Shown piece after piece: positions 1 through 14,460 of a stretch of DNA of 64,000 nt. Positions within the stretch are counted from its first letter, which is position 1, and every line of letters begins with the position of its first letter. The stretch is from Nitrospirales bacterium. GTDB lineage: Bacteria > Nitrospirota > Nitrospiria > Nitrospirales > UBA8639. Location: the NCBI GenBank assembly GCA_965203295.1, contig CBDBCZ010000018.1, positions 2,464,001-2,528,000 of the forward strand. The letters are read 5' to 3'. The translations under genes and the position numbers were made by a program. The notes beneath the pieces are model-generated. The model did not search any database, was not told where the DNA came from, and saw only the letters and a list, made by a program, of their open reading frames with translations.

Positions 1-3000
1 TCAACGGTACTAACGCTGTACCCTGAACAGTATACAAACATTTCCGTTTTTCGTTCCAAAAATTTTTTCTTGGAAATATTGATTTTCTGAAGTCGTACAG
101 GTGAAAGGGAGGTGTCATCAGTACCAACGCAGTGCTCTGAAGAGTATGATACCACTTTCGATTTTCGGTCCAAAAAATTTTCTTCAAAATCTCGATTCCT
201 GAGGTTTGTACAGGTGAAAGGGAGGTGTCTACGATACTAACGCAGTGCAATGAATAGGATACGTGCATTTTCGTTTTTCGAACCGAAACATTTTCCTTCA
301 ATATCTCGTTTTCTGGTGATCGCACTGATGAAAGGAAAGTGTCAACGGTACCAACGCGATGCCCTGAACTGTAAGCGAGCATTTTTGTTTTTCGGTCAGA
401 AATTTTTTTCTTTGATATCAATTTCTGGGGGTCGCAAAGGTGAAAGGTAGGTGTCAACGGTACCAACGATTTACTCTGAAAAGTATGCGAGCATTTTTCC
501 AGTCTAAAAAATTTACTCAGATATATTATTTCTGTAGTTTGCAAAGGTGAAAAGGAGATATCAACGGTACCAACGCGTTTTCGTTTTTTGGTGCAAAAAA
601 TTTTCTTCAATATCAATTTCTGAAGTTCGCACTGGGGAAAGAAAGGTGTCAACGGTACTAACGCGGTGCCATAAACAGTATTGCGATACTTTCGTTTTTT
701 AATTCAATAAATTTTTCTTCAATATCTTGATTATAGGATGTTGTACGGGTGAAAAGGAGGATCAACGGTACCAACACGGTGCCCAGAACAGTATGCGACC
801 ATTATCGTTTTTCGGTCCGAAAATTTTTTCTTTGATATCTCGATTTGTAGATATCGCATAGATGAAAGGGAGATGTCAACAGTACCAACGAGGTACCATG
901 AACAGTTTGCGACCATTTTTCGGTCAAAAACATTTTTCTTCGATATCTCGATTACTGGAGGTCGCACAAGTGAAAGGGAGGTGTAAACGGTACAACGTGG
1001 TGCCCTGAACAGTATGTGAGCATTTTCGTTTTTTGGATCTACAAAATTTTTCTTTGATATCTCAATTTCTTGAGGTCGCACAGGTGAAAGGGAGGTGTCA
1101 ACGGTACCAACGCGGTGGCCTGAACAGTATGCGAATATTTTCGTTTTCGGTCTAAAAACTTTTTTTCAATATCTATATTTCTGGAGGTCGCCCTGGTGAG
1201 GTGTCAACGGTACAACGCAGTACCCTGAATAGAAAGCGAGCATTTTCGTTTTTTGGGTCCACAATTTTCTTCGATATCACGATTTTCGGAGGTTGTATAA
1301 GTGAAAAGGAGGTGTCATCAGTAACAACGAGTTACACTAAACATTACGCAAATATTTTCGATTTACGGTCCATAAAATTACTTCAATATCTCAATTTCTG
1401 GAGGTCGCACATGTGAAAGGGATGTGTCAACGGTAAATACGCGGTGCCATAAACAGTATTGCGACCATTTTGGTTTTTTGCTCCAATAAATTTTTCATTA
1501 ATATCTTCATTTTTGGAAGTTGTACAGGTGAAAGGGAGGTGTCAACGGTTCATCGCGGTGGCCTGAACAGTATGCAAACATTTTCGTTTTTCTGTCCAAA
1601 AACTTTTTCTTTAATATCAATGTTTCTGAAGATTGCACATATGAAGGGAGGTGTCAACGGTACCAACGCGGAGCCCTGAATAGTATGCGAACATTTTCGT
1701 TTTGCTGTCCAAAAACTTTTTCAATATCTATATATCTGAAGTTCGCACACTTGAAAGGGAGCTGTCTACGGTACCAAAGCTGTGGCCTGAACAGTAAGCG
1801 AGCATTTTCATTTCTTGGATCCACAAAATTTTTCTTTGATATCTCGATTTCTGGAGGTCACACAGGTGAAAGGGAGGTATCAACGGTACCAACGCGGTGG
1901 TCTGAACAGTATGCAAACCTTTTCGTTTTTCGGTTCAAAAACTTTTTTTTCAATATCTATATTTCTGGAGGTAGCACAGGTGAGAGGTGTCAACGGTACA
2001 ACGCGGTGCCTGAACAGAAGGCGAGCATTTTCGTTTTTTGTGTCCACAAAATTTTTCTTCGATATCTCGATTTTCGGAGGTTATAAAGGTTAAAAGGAGG
2101 TGTCAACGGTAACAACGAGTTACACTGAACATTACGCAAGTATTTTCGATTTTCGATCCAAAAAATTTATCTTCAATATCTCGATTTCTGGAGGTCGCAC
2201 AGGTGAAAGGGATGTCAACGGTAAATATGCGGTGTCATTAACAGTTTTGCGACCATATTTGTTTTTCTCTCCAATAAATTTTTCTTTGATATCATTATTT
2301 CTGGAGGTTGTACAGGTGAAAGGGAGGTGTCAATCGTACCAACGCAATGGCCTGAACAATATGCGAAAATTTTTGTTTTTCTGTCCAAAAACTTTTTCTT
2401 CAATATCTATATTTCTGAAGTTCGTAAACATGAAAGGGAAGTGTCAACGGTACCAACGCAGAGCCCTGAACAGTATGCGAACATTTTCGTTTTTCTGACA
2501 AAAAACTTTTTCTTCAATATCTATATTTCTGAAGTTCGCACCCTTAAAAGGGAGATGTCAACAGTACCAACGCGGTAGCATGAACAGTATTCGAACATTT
2601 TCGTTTTTTGGTCAAAAAACTTTTCCTTCAATATCTATATTTCTGGAGGTCGCACAGGTGAAAGGGAGGTGTCAGCGGTGCAACGCGGTGCCATGAACAG
2701 TATGCGAGCATTATCGTTTTTTTTGTCCACAAAATTTTTCTTTGATATCTCGATTTCCGGAGGTTATATAGGTGAAAAGGAGGTGTCAACGGTAACAACG
2801 AGTTACCTTGAACATTACGCAAGTATTTTCGTTTTTCGGTCCAAAAAATTTATCTTCAATATCTCGATTTCTGGAGGTCGCACAGGTGAAAGGGACGCGT
2901 CAACGGCAAATTTCGTGGTGGCCAGAAAAGTATGACTATTTTCGTTTTTCGGTACAAAAATTTATTTTTCGCTACCTCGATTTCTGAAGGTCATATAGGT

Positions 3001-3292
3001 GAAAGGGAGGTGTAAAAGGTACCAACGCGGTACCTTGAACAGTATGCCAGAATTTTTGTTTTCCGGCCCAAAACATTTTTCTTTTATATCTCAATATCTG
3101 TAGGTCGCGCAGGTGAAAGGGTGATGTCAACGTTACCAACGCGGTCCCCTGAACAAGATGCGAGCTTTTTCGTCTTTCTACTAAATCTCAATTTTTTGAG
3201 GTAGCACAGGTAAAAGGGAGGTGTCAACGGTACCAACGCGTTGCCCTGAAGAGTATGCGAGTATTCTCATTTTTTAGTCCAAAAATCTTTTC
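1..3292. repeat. ~113-114 bp tandem satellite (~29 diverged monomers, truncated by window start)
   Basis: Motif caggtgaaagggaggtgtcaacggtaccaacgcggtgccctgaacagtatgcga recurs; anchor tcaacggtac or variant at 1, 115, 228, 342, 454 etc. Confidence 0.95.
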
Positions 3293-3299
3293 TAATTTA

Positions 3300-4800
3300 T
3301 CTTCAACACTATTTTTTATTTTAACTTTTTATTTTTACTTTTTTCATTTCTTTTTTCTTTTTTTTAGTTATTTATTTTATCATTTCTTCATTTCTTTTTT
3401 TCCCTTTTTATTTTTTTACCTTTTTCTCTTTTTCTTATTTAAATTAAACTTTTACTTCCAATACCCCATAAATGCATCAGAAAATCTATATTGGTTTATA
3501 AGTCTTTTCTGGCCAACACATCCTTACTAGGACTATGGTGTGTATGGTAAGTTCTAGTCTATTGAAGAGACATTCCAAGGTTCGAATCCCAAAATGTGCA
3601 CCTTTTCCTTTTTTTTTCCGGATATTTAATTTTTTTTTTTTTTTTTTTTTTTTTTAGTTTTTGCTTTTGGTGTAAAGGGTTCATTTTTCTTTTTTTCTTT
3701 TTTATACCTCTTCCTTTTTTTTTTTCGCCTTTTATTTTTTTAACTTTTTTCTTTTTCTTTCTTTTTCTTTTAATTAAATTTTTACTCCCAATACGTCATA
3801 AATGGATCAGAAAATCTATATTGGTTTATAAGCCTTTTCTGGCCACCACTTCCTTACTAGGACTATGGTGTGTATGGTTAGTTCTTGGCTATTGAATATA
3901 CATTCCCAGGTTCGAATCTCAAAAGGTGCACCTTTTCTTTTTTATTCCCGCCAATTTAATATTTTTTTTTTTTTTTTATTTTTTTTTTTTAGTTTTAGCT
4001 TTTGGTGCAAAGTGTTCATTTTTCTTTTTTCTTTTTTATACCTCTTCCTTTTATTTTTCTTTTTCGCCTTTTTATTTTTTTTACTTTTTTCTTTTTTTCT
4101 TTCTTTTTCTTTTAATTAAATTTTTACTCCCAATACATCATAAATGCGTCAGAAAGTCTATATTGGTTTATAAGCCTTTTCTTGCCACCACATCCTTACT
4201 AGGACTATGGTGTGTATGGTAAGTTCTTGGCTATTGAATATACATTCCCAGGTTCGAATCCCAAAGGGTGCACCTTTTCTCTTTTTCTCCCGCCGATTTA
4301 ATTTTTTTTAATTCTCGCATTGGGTGTAAAGGGTTAATTAATTTATTTTTTTTATTCCTCTTTTTTTATTTTATTTTTTATTTTCTATTTCTTTTTCTTT
4401 TTTTAACATATTTCTTTTTTCTTCTTTTTTTTCTTTTATTTTTCTTTTTATTACTTTCCCTTTTTCTTTTCGTTTTTCTTTTTATTTTTTCTTATTTTTT
4501 TTTCCTTTCTTTTTTTTTTCACATTCTTTTTCTTTTTCCTTTTTCTTTTTTCTTTTTCTTTTTCCTTTTCAAATTCTTTTCTTTTATTTTTTTCTTTTTC
4601 CTTTTCACATTCTTTTTCTTTTTCCTTTTTCTTTTTCTTTTTCATTCTTTTTTTTCAATTTTGGTTTTTTCTTTTTTTAATCTTATTTTTTCCATTTTTT
4701 TATATACAATTATCGAGGGTAAACACAATTATAAAGATTTAATTAGTCGCCTTAATCTTTTGTACATTACTTACCCTTTGTTCATTAATTCTTAGTTAAC
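3300..4800 (+). repeat. T-rich low-complexity block containing three ~335-bp tandem units
   Basis: Core cagaaaatctatattggtttataag...ccttactaggactatggtgtgtatggt...ggttcgaatc repeated three times (spacing 330 and 342 bp), separated by poly-T/TC tracts. Confidence 0.9.
3530..3602 (+). pseudogene. tRNA-like (A-box/B-box) unit, copy 1 of 3 (others 3860-3932, 4202-4274)
   Basis: 73 nt; TGGTGTGTATGG A-box-like and GGTTCGAATCCC B-box, followed by T runs; stems do not fold into a proper cloverleaf. Confidence 0.55.
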
Positions 4801-4837
4801 TGCATACCGTGTAGCTGTAATCTGAATACTTTTGGAC

Positions 4838-7800
4838 GCTAGTGTTCCAAATTCATGACACACAGACATCACTGAGCTTATAGCTCTTGTTGTGATGCCA
4901 GCGAGCCATAAAAATGGGCCAGCAATGTCATTCATTAACTACCGCCGCCTGAAAGGAAAAAAAGAAGGCAGTACACACAAATATACATAGGTTTATTCAG
5001 GCCTACACAAGTATACACGACTGTATTAAATATACACGTGTATACACAAGTATAACGTGGTAGACAACCATACCACAGGTAAACAAGTATTCGCTGGTAC
5101 ACACAGCTATACACAGGTATACACACGAATAGACAGGTATACAGAAGTTTACAAATAGGTATACACAACTATACACGCGTAAAACCAAGTATACACAAGC
5201 GTGTGTATAAACAGGTACAGTCTCATAAACAGATATAAACAAGTATACGTACGTATTTACATGTGTACACAGGTACACGTAGGTACAAATAGGCTATAAA
5301 CGGGTATCTACATGTGTATAAACGTTTAAACAGGTATGCACAAGTATACGCGGGTATAAAAACCCATATGAACACACAAGAATACACAAGGATATACACG
5401 CGTATACTCATGTAAACACTGGTATATACAATTATACACAGGCATAAAAAGGTACAAATGGGTATCTACATTTTGTAAACACAGGTATACTCAAGTATAC
5501 AAGGGTATACACATAAGCTCTCGCTTCCACAAGTATACACAGGTATACAGTATATACATTTATATACCAGAATAATCACAGGTATTCCGAAGTATACGTG
5601 GGTTTACACACGTACGCAAATGTATAAAAAGGTATACACTATATGAACCAGTATAAAAATATATACAAGGGTATCTACATTACTTGTCCGTTGTTAACAT
5701 ACTTTTATCCCCAGATAGGAGCTGTTATCCTGATTCTTTGGATGCTAGTGTTCCAAATTAATGACACACTCATCATTGAGTGTATGACCCTTCAGGTGAT
5801 GCCAGCGAGTCATGAAAATGGTCCAGTCATGAACTACCATCCCCTAAAAGAATAAAAGAGAAGGCAGTATACACAAGTACACTTTATAAAGCCGTATTTA
5901 ATAGTGAATTTTACCTGTGTATAATTGTTTACCCGTGTATACTTTTGTATTCCCGTGTATACATCTGTATTCCTGTGTATGCTTGTATATACCTGTGTAT
6001 ATACTTAATTAGCTGTTTTTACTTGTGTACTTGTGTATACTGCCTTCTCTTTTATACAAGCATACACAAGTAAAAACAGCTAATTAAGTATATACACAGG
6101 TATACACAAGCATACACAGGAATACAGATGTATACACGGGAATACAAAAGTATACACGGGTAAACAATTATACACAGGTAAAATTCACTATTAAATACGG
6201 CTTTATAAAGTATACACAATTATACAAGTTTATACTCAAGTATACACAGTTATGCATACACCAACAAACAAATATAGGCAAGTATACACAGGTATACCTA
6301 CATCAGCAAACACGGGGTATACACAAATATGCACAAGTATACACAGGTTAACAGAAATATACATGGGTATATACGAGCATACAAGAGTATACACAATTAT
6401 ATGCTGAAATACACAAGTATGCACAGGTGTACAAAGGATCATACATGTTTAAACCAGGTACACACAAGTATACTCAAGTTTACACGGGTATACACAAGTA
6501 TACACAAGTTTACACACGTTTACACGTCTATATACATGTATGCACAGGTATACACAAGTATACACAAGTATACACGCATTTACACGTGTTTAAACAAGTA
6601 AACACAAGTGCACACATGTATACACAGGTATACCGAAGTATATAAAGCCATAGGGAGGTATTCACGGATATCTACATTTGTATACTCGAGTAAACACAGG
6701 CATACACAAGTAAATGCGGAGAATAGACAATATGCACATGTATACACAGGCACACACAAGTATACACAAGTATAAAGATGTATACAGGGGTATCTAAATT
6801 TGTATGCACCAGTTAAAGGTATACACAAGTATACATGGGTATACGCACGAATACAGACGTATACACAGGTATGTACAATTACACACAGGTATAAACAGGT
6901 ATATACGGGTATCTACATTTGTATACACAAGTAAACACAGGTATACACAAGTATACACAATTATAAAGAGGTATACTCGGGTATCTACATTTGTATACAA
7001 AAGTATACATATGCATACACAAGTATACCGTGGTTGACACAACCATACACAGGTAAACAAGTATTCACTTGTATACACGGCTATACACAAGTGTACACAA
7101 GAATAGACAGGTACCATGATTGGAATACATATAACTGCACGAAGAGTACAAACCATACACCATAGAAATTCATGGTACAGCTGACTTGTACCATAATACA
7201 ATTACAAACGCTGTTATGACAAGCACTAATGAGAATCATTTGTTGCCTGGCAACCATATACCCTTGGGTATATTGACATTTCAAATGAGCCACTAGGGTG
7301 TATGGCTGATATACCCTGGGCGGTGCCTTTTATGTAGAGGTGCATTATGGTACAAATAAATAGACACAACACACGAGTAAAACCAAGTATACACAAGCGT
7401 AAGTGGGTATAAACAGGTACAGTCACATAAACAGGTATACACAAGTATATGTGCATATTTAAATGAATACACAGGTATACGCAGGTACACACAGGCTTAC
7501 ACGTGTATCTACATGTGTATAAAAGTTTAAACATGTATGCACAAGTATACGCGGGTATAAACACATCCACATGAACACACAAGAATACACAAGGATATAC
7601 ACGCGTATACACATGTAAACACTGGTATATACAATTATACACAGGTATAAAAGGTACACATGGGTATCTACATTTTGTTTACACGAGTAAACAAGCATAC
7701 ACAAGTATATGCAGGTATGCAACCGTATGCAAATGTATACACAGGTATACAAAAACATATACGGTATTAACAGTTTTATACACTAATAAATACTGTTATA

Positions 7801-10800
7801 CATAAGTAAAAACAGATATACACACATGTGCGCATGTATAAAAGGCATACACAAGTATACAAAGGTATAAAGAGGCATAAATGGGTATTTACATTTGTAT
7901 ACACTAGTAAACACAGGTATTCTCAAGTACACTAGGGTATACACACAGATGCTCTCGCATACACAAGTATACACAGGTATACAGTATATACACTTATACA
8001 CCAGAGTAATTAGAGGTATTCCGAAGTATACGTGGGTTTACACACGTATGCAAATGTATAAACAGGTATACACTATATTAACCGGTATATAGATATATAC
8101 AAGGGTATCTACATTACCTATCCGTTGTTAACATACCCAGATATGAGCTGTTATCCTGATTCTTTGGATGCTAGTGTTCCAATTTCATGACACACTCATC
8201 ATTGAGTGTATGGCCCTTCAGGTAATGCCAGCGAGTCAAAAATGGGCCAGTCATGAACTACCATCTCCTGAAAGAATAAAAGAGAAGGCAGTATACACAA
8301 GTACAGGTGTTTATATAAGCATACACAAGTAAAAACGACTAATTAAGTATATACACGGGTATACACAAGCATACACAGGAATACAGATGTATACACGGGA
8401 ATACAAAAGTATACACGGGTAAACAATTATACACAGGTAAAATTCACCATTAAACACGGCTGTACACAAGTATAAACTATTATACATGTTTATACACAAG
8501 TATACACAGTTATGCATACACCAACAAATATAGACAAGTATAGACAGGTATACCTACATCAGCAAACACGGAGTATACACAAATATGCACAAGTATACAC
8601 AGGTTAACAGCAGTATACATGGGTTTATACGAGCATACACGAGTATACACAATTATATGCTGAAATATACAAGTATGCACAGGTGTACAAAGGCTCATAC
8701 ATGTTTAAACCAGGCATACGCAAGTATACTCAAGATTACACGTGTATACACAAGTATACACAAGTTTACACACGTTTACACGTCTATACACATGTATGTA
8801 CAGGTATACACAAGTATACACAAGTATACACGCGTTTACACGTGTTTAAACAAGTAAACACAAGTGCACACATGTATACACAGGTATACGGAAGTATATA
8901 AAGCCATAAAGAGGTATTCACGGATATCTACATTTGTATACTCGAGTAAACACAGGCATACACAATTATATGCGGGGAATGGACAATATGCACATGTATA
9001 CACAGGCACACACAAGTATACACAAGTATAAAGATGTATACATGGGTATCTATATTTGTATGCACCAGTTAACAGGTATACACAAGTATACGTGGGTATA
9101 CGCACGAGTACAGATGTATACACAGGTATCTACAATTACACACTGGTATCTACATTTATATACACAAGTAAATACAGGTATACACAAGTATACACAAGTA
9201 TAAAGAGGTATACTCGGGTATCTACATTTGTATACAAAAGTATACATGTGTATACACAAGTATATCGTGGTAGACACAACCATACACAGGTAAACAAGTA
9301 GTTATGACAAGCGCTAATGAGAATCATTAATTGCCTGGCAACCATATACCCTAGGGTATATTGACATTTCAAATGAGCCGCTAGGGTGTATGGCTGATAT
9401 ACCCTGGGCGGTGCCTTTCATGTAGAGGTGCATTATGGTACAAATAGGTAGACACAACAATACACGAGTAAAACCAAGTATACACAAGCGTAAGTGGGTA
9501 TAAACAGGTACAGTCTCATAAACAGGTATACACAAGTATATGTGCGTATTTACATGAATACACAGGTATACGCAGGTACACACAGGCTTACACGTGTATC
9601 TACATTCGTATAAAAGTTTAAACAGGTATGCATAAGTATGCGCGGGTATAAACACATCCACATGACCACATAAGAATACACAAGGATATACACGTATATA
9701 CACATGTATACACTGGTATATAAAAGTATACACAGGCATAAAAAGGGTACACATGGGTATCTACATTTTGTTTACAAGAGTAAACAGGCATACACAAGTA
9801 TACACGGGTATGCACACGTATGCAAATGTATACACAGCTATACAAAAACACACGGTATTTACATTTGTATACACTAAAAAACACAGGTATAATCAAGTAT
9901 ACAAGGGTATACACACATATGCTCTCGTATACACAAGTATACACTGGTATACAGTATATACATTTATATACCAGAGTAATCACAGGTATTCCGAAGTATA
10001 CGTGGGTTTACACCCGTATGCAAATGTATAAACAGGTATACACTATATTAACCGGTATAAAGATATATACAAGGGTATGTACATTACCTATCCTTTGTTA
10101 ACATACTTTTATCCCCAGATATGTCTGTTATCCTGATACTTTGGATGCTAGTGTTCCAAATTCATGACACACTCATCACTGAGTCTATGGCCCTTGTGGT
10201 GATGCCAGCGAGCCATAAAAATGGGCCAGTCATGAACTACCATCTCCTGGAAGAATAAAAGAGAAGGCAGTATACACAAATACACGTGTTTACACAAGCA
10301 TACACAAGTAAAAACGACTAATAAAATATATACACGGGTATACACAAGCATACACAGGAATACAGATGTATACACGAGAATACAAAAGTATATACGGGTA
10401 AACAACTATACACAGTTAAAATTCACCATTAAACACGGCTTTATACAAGTATACACAATTATACATGTGTATACACAAGTATACACAGTTATGCATACAC
10501 CAACAAACAAGGGTATACACAAATATAGACAAGTATACACAGGTATGCCTACATCAGCCAACACGGGTATACACAAATATGCACAAGTATACACAGGTTA
10601 AAAGAAGTATACATGGGTATATACGAGCATATACGAGTATACACAATTATATGCTGAAATACACAAGTATGTACAGGTATACAAAGGCTCATACAGGTTT
10701 AAACCAGGTACACACAAGTATACATAAGATTACTCGGGTATAACACAAGTATACACAAGTTTACACAAGTTTACACGTCTATACACATGTATGCACAGGT

Positions 10801-13800
10801 ATACACAAGTATACACAAGTATACACAAGAATACACAAGTTTACACGTGTTTACACTTGTAAACACAAGTACACACATGTATACACAGATATACGGAAGT
10901 ATACAAAGGCATAAACAGGTATTCTTGGATATCTACACTTGTATTCTCGAGTAAACACAGGCATACACAAGTATACGCAGGTATACACAATATGCACCTG
11001 TATACACAGGTACAAACAAGTATACGCAAGTATAAAGAGGTACACACGGGTACCTAAATTTGTATACACGAGTTAACACAAGTATACGTGGGTATACGCA
11101 CGAGTGCAGATGTATACACAGGTATGCACAAGTACACACAGGTATAAATAGGGTATATACGGGTATTTACATTTGTATACACAAGTAAATACAGGTATAC
11201 ACAAGTATACACAAGTATAAAAAGGTATACTCAGGTATCTACATTTGTATACAAAAGCATACACGTGTATACACAAGTATACCGTGGTAGACACAACCAT
11301 ACACAGGTAAATAAGCATTTACTGGCATACACGGCTATACACAAGTGTACACAAGAATAGACAGGTATACAGAGGTATAAAAATAGGTATGCACATCTAT
11401 ACACGAGTAAAACCGGGTATACATAAGCGTAAGTGTGTATAAACAGGTACAGTCTCATAAACAGGTATACACAAGTATACGTGCGTATTTATATGTATAC
11501 ACAGGTATACGCAGGTACAGACAGGCTTACACAGGTATCTACATGTGTATAAAAGTTTAAACAGGTATGCACAAGTATACGCGAGTATAAACACACATCC
11601 ACATGAACACACAAGAATACACAAGGATATACACGTATATACTCATGTATACACTGGTATATACAAGTAACACAGACATAAAAAAAGTAAACATGTGTAT
11701 CTACATTTTTTATACACGAGTAAACAGGCAAACACAAGTATATGCGGGTATGCACATGTATGCACATGTATACACAGGTATACAAAAACATACACGGTAT
11801 TTACAGTTTTATACACTAGTAAACACAGGTATACACAAGTAAAAACAGGTATACATACGTGTGCACATGTATACAAGGCATACACAAGTATACAAAGGTG
11901 TAAAGAGGCATAAATGGGTATTTACATTTGTATACACTAGTATACTCAAGTATACACGGGTATACACATGTATGCACTCGTATACACAAGTATACACTGG
12001 TATACAGTATATACATTTATATACCAGAGTAATCGCAGGTATTCTGAAGTATACGTGGGTTTACACACGTATGCAAATGTATAAACAGGTATACACTCAA
12101 TGAATCGGTATATAGATATATACAAGGGTATCTACATTACCTATCCTCTGTTAACATACTTTTATCCCCAGATATGAGCTGTTATCCTGATACTTTGGAT
12201 GCTAGTGTTCCAAATTCATAACACACACATCACTGAGTGTATGGCCCTTCTGGTGATGCCAGCGAGCCATAAAAATGGGCCAGTCATGAACTACCATCTC
12301 CTGAAAGAATAAAAGAGAAGGCAGTATACACAAGTACACGTGTTTACACAAGCATACACAAGTAAAAACGACTAATTAAGTATATACACGGGTATACACA
12401 AGCATACACAGAAATACAGGTGTATACACGAGAATACAAAAGTATACACGGGTAAACAACTATACACAGGTAAAATTCACCATTAAACACGGCTATACAC
12501 AAGTATACACAATTATACATGTGTATATACAAGTATACACAGTTATGCATACACCAATAAACAAGGGTATACACAAATATAGACAAGTATACACAGGTAT
12601 GCCTACATCAGCAAACAAGGGTATACACAAATATACACAAGTATACACAGGCTAACAGAAGTACACATGGGTATACGAGAATACACGAGTATACACAATT
12701 ATACGCTGAAATACACAAGCATGCACAGGTATACAAAGGCTCATACAGGTATAAACCAGCTATACACAAGTATACACAAGATTACACGGGTATACACAAG
12801 TATACACAAGTTTACACACGTTTACACGTCTATACACATGTATGCACAGGTAGACACAAGTATGCACAAGTATACACGTGTTTACACGTGTTTACACAAG
12901 TAAACTCAAGTACATACATGTATGCACAGGTATACAGAAGTATACAAAGGCATAAAGAGGTATTCACGGATATCTACATTTGTATACTCGAGTAAACACA
13001 GGCATACACAAGTATATGCGGGGAATACACAATATGCACATGTATACACAGGCACAAACAAATATACACAAGTATAAAGATGTATGCATGGGTATCTACA
13101 TTTGTATACACAATTAAACACAGGCATGCACAAGTATACGCGGTTATACACACGTATACACATGTATACACAGGTATACACATGCATACTCAGGTATAAA
13201 GCAGTATACACTGGTACCAACATTTGTATTCTCTAGTAAACACAGGTATATCCCAGTATACGCAGGTATACACACGTATGCACATGTATACACAGGTATA
13301 CACAAGTTTACACAGGTAAAAAATGGTATACACGGGTATTTACGTTTGTATACATGAGTAAACACAGGTGTGCACAAGTATACACGGGTATACACACGTA
13401 TTCACATGTATACACAGGTTTATAGAAGTAAACACAGGTATACACGGGTATCTACATTCATATTCATGAGTAAAAACTCGTATACGCAAATATACATGGG
13501 CAACACACGTGTGCAGATGTATACACAAGTATACACAAGTATACAAGTATACAGGTTTAAAGAGGTATACACGGGTATCTACGCTGGTAAACACGAGTAA
13601 ACACAGGTATACACAAGGAAACGTGGGTATACAGACGTATATACATGTATACACAGGTATACACAAGTATACACAGGTATAAAGAGGGTATATACGGGTA
13701 TCTACAATTGTATACACAAGTATACATGGGTATACACACGTACGCACTTGTATACATAGGTATATACAAGTATACAGAGGTATAAGAAGGTATACACGGG

Positions 13801-14460
13801 TATCTACACTTGTATACACGAGTAAACACCGGTACACACAAGTAAACGTGAGTATACACATGCATGAACATGTATAAACAGGTATACATAAGCAAACCGG
13901 GATACACGGGTATCTTCATTTGTATACATGAGTAAACACTGGTATACACAAGCATACGCGGGCATACACACGTGTGCCAATGTATACACGGGTATACACA
14001 AGTATACAAGTACACTGGTTTAAAAAGATACACACGGCATCTACATTTGTAAACATGAGTAAACACAGGTATACACAAGGAAATGTGGGTATACAGACAT
14101 ATGCACACGTAAACACAGGTATACACAAGTATACACAGGTATAAGGAAGTATACACAGGTATATACATTTGTATACACGAGTAAATACAGGTACACACAA
14201 GTACACGTAGGTATACACACGTATGAACATGTATACCCAAGCATACACAAGTACACACAGGTATAAAGAGATATACATAGGTATCTACATTTGTGTACGC
14301 GAGTAAACACAGGTACGCACAAGTATATGCGGGTATACACACGTATGCACAAGTAAACACAGGTATACACAAGTATACGCAGGCATACACACGTATGCAC
14401 ATGTATACACAGGTATACACAAGTATACATATATACACAGGTATAAAGAGGTATACACGG
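4838..14460 (+). repeat. GTATACAC-based degenerate satellite with ~2-kb higher-order units
   Basis: 10-bp periodic gtatacac(a/g)(a/g); marker gctagtgttccaaattcatgacacac...gatgccagcgagccataaaaatgggcc at ~4838, 5743, 8170, 10147, 12200. Confidence 0.95.

Noticed and set aside
1..3292. CRISPR-like appearance of regular repeats (also 32756-33945 and 61260-61550)
   Set aside because: Whole units are homologous or motifs are too short; no unique spacers between identical repeats, no cas genes, eukaryotic context
250..3530. ORFs within the 113-bp satellite
   Set aside because: Translations are periodic repeat artefacts in multiple frames and both strands
3596..4795. Phe-rich and Lys-rich ORFs resembling membrane proteins
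   Set aside because: Produced by poly-T low complexity
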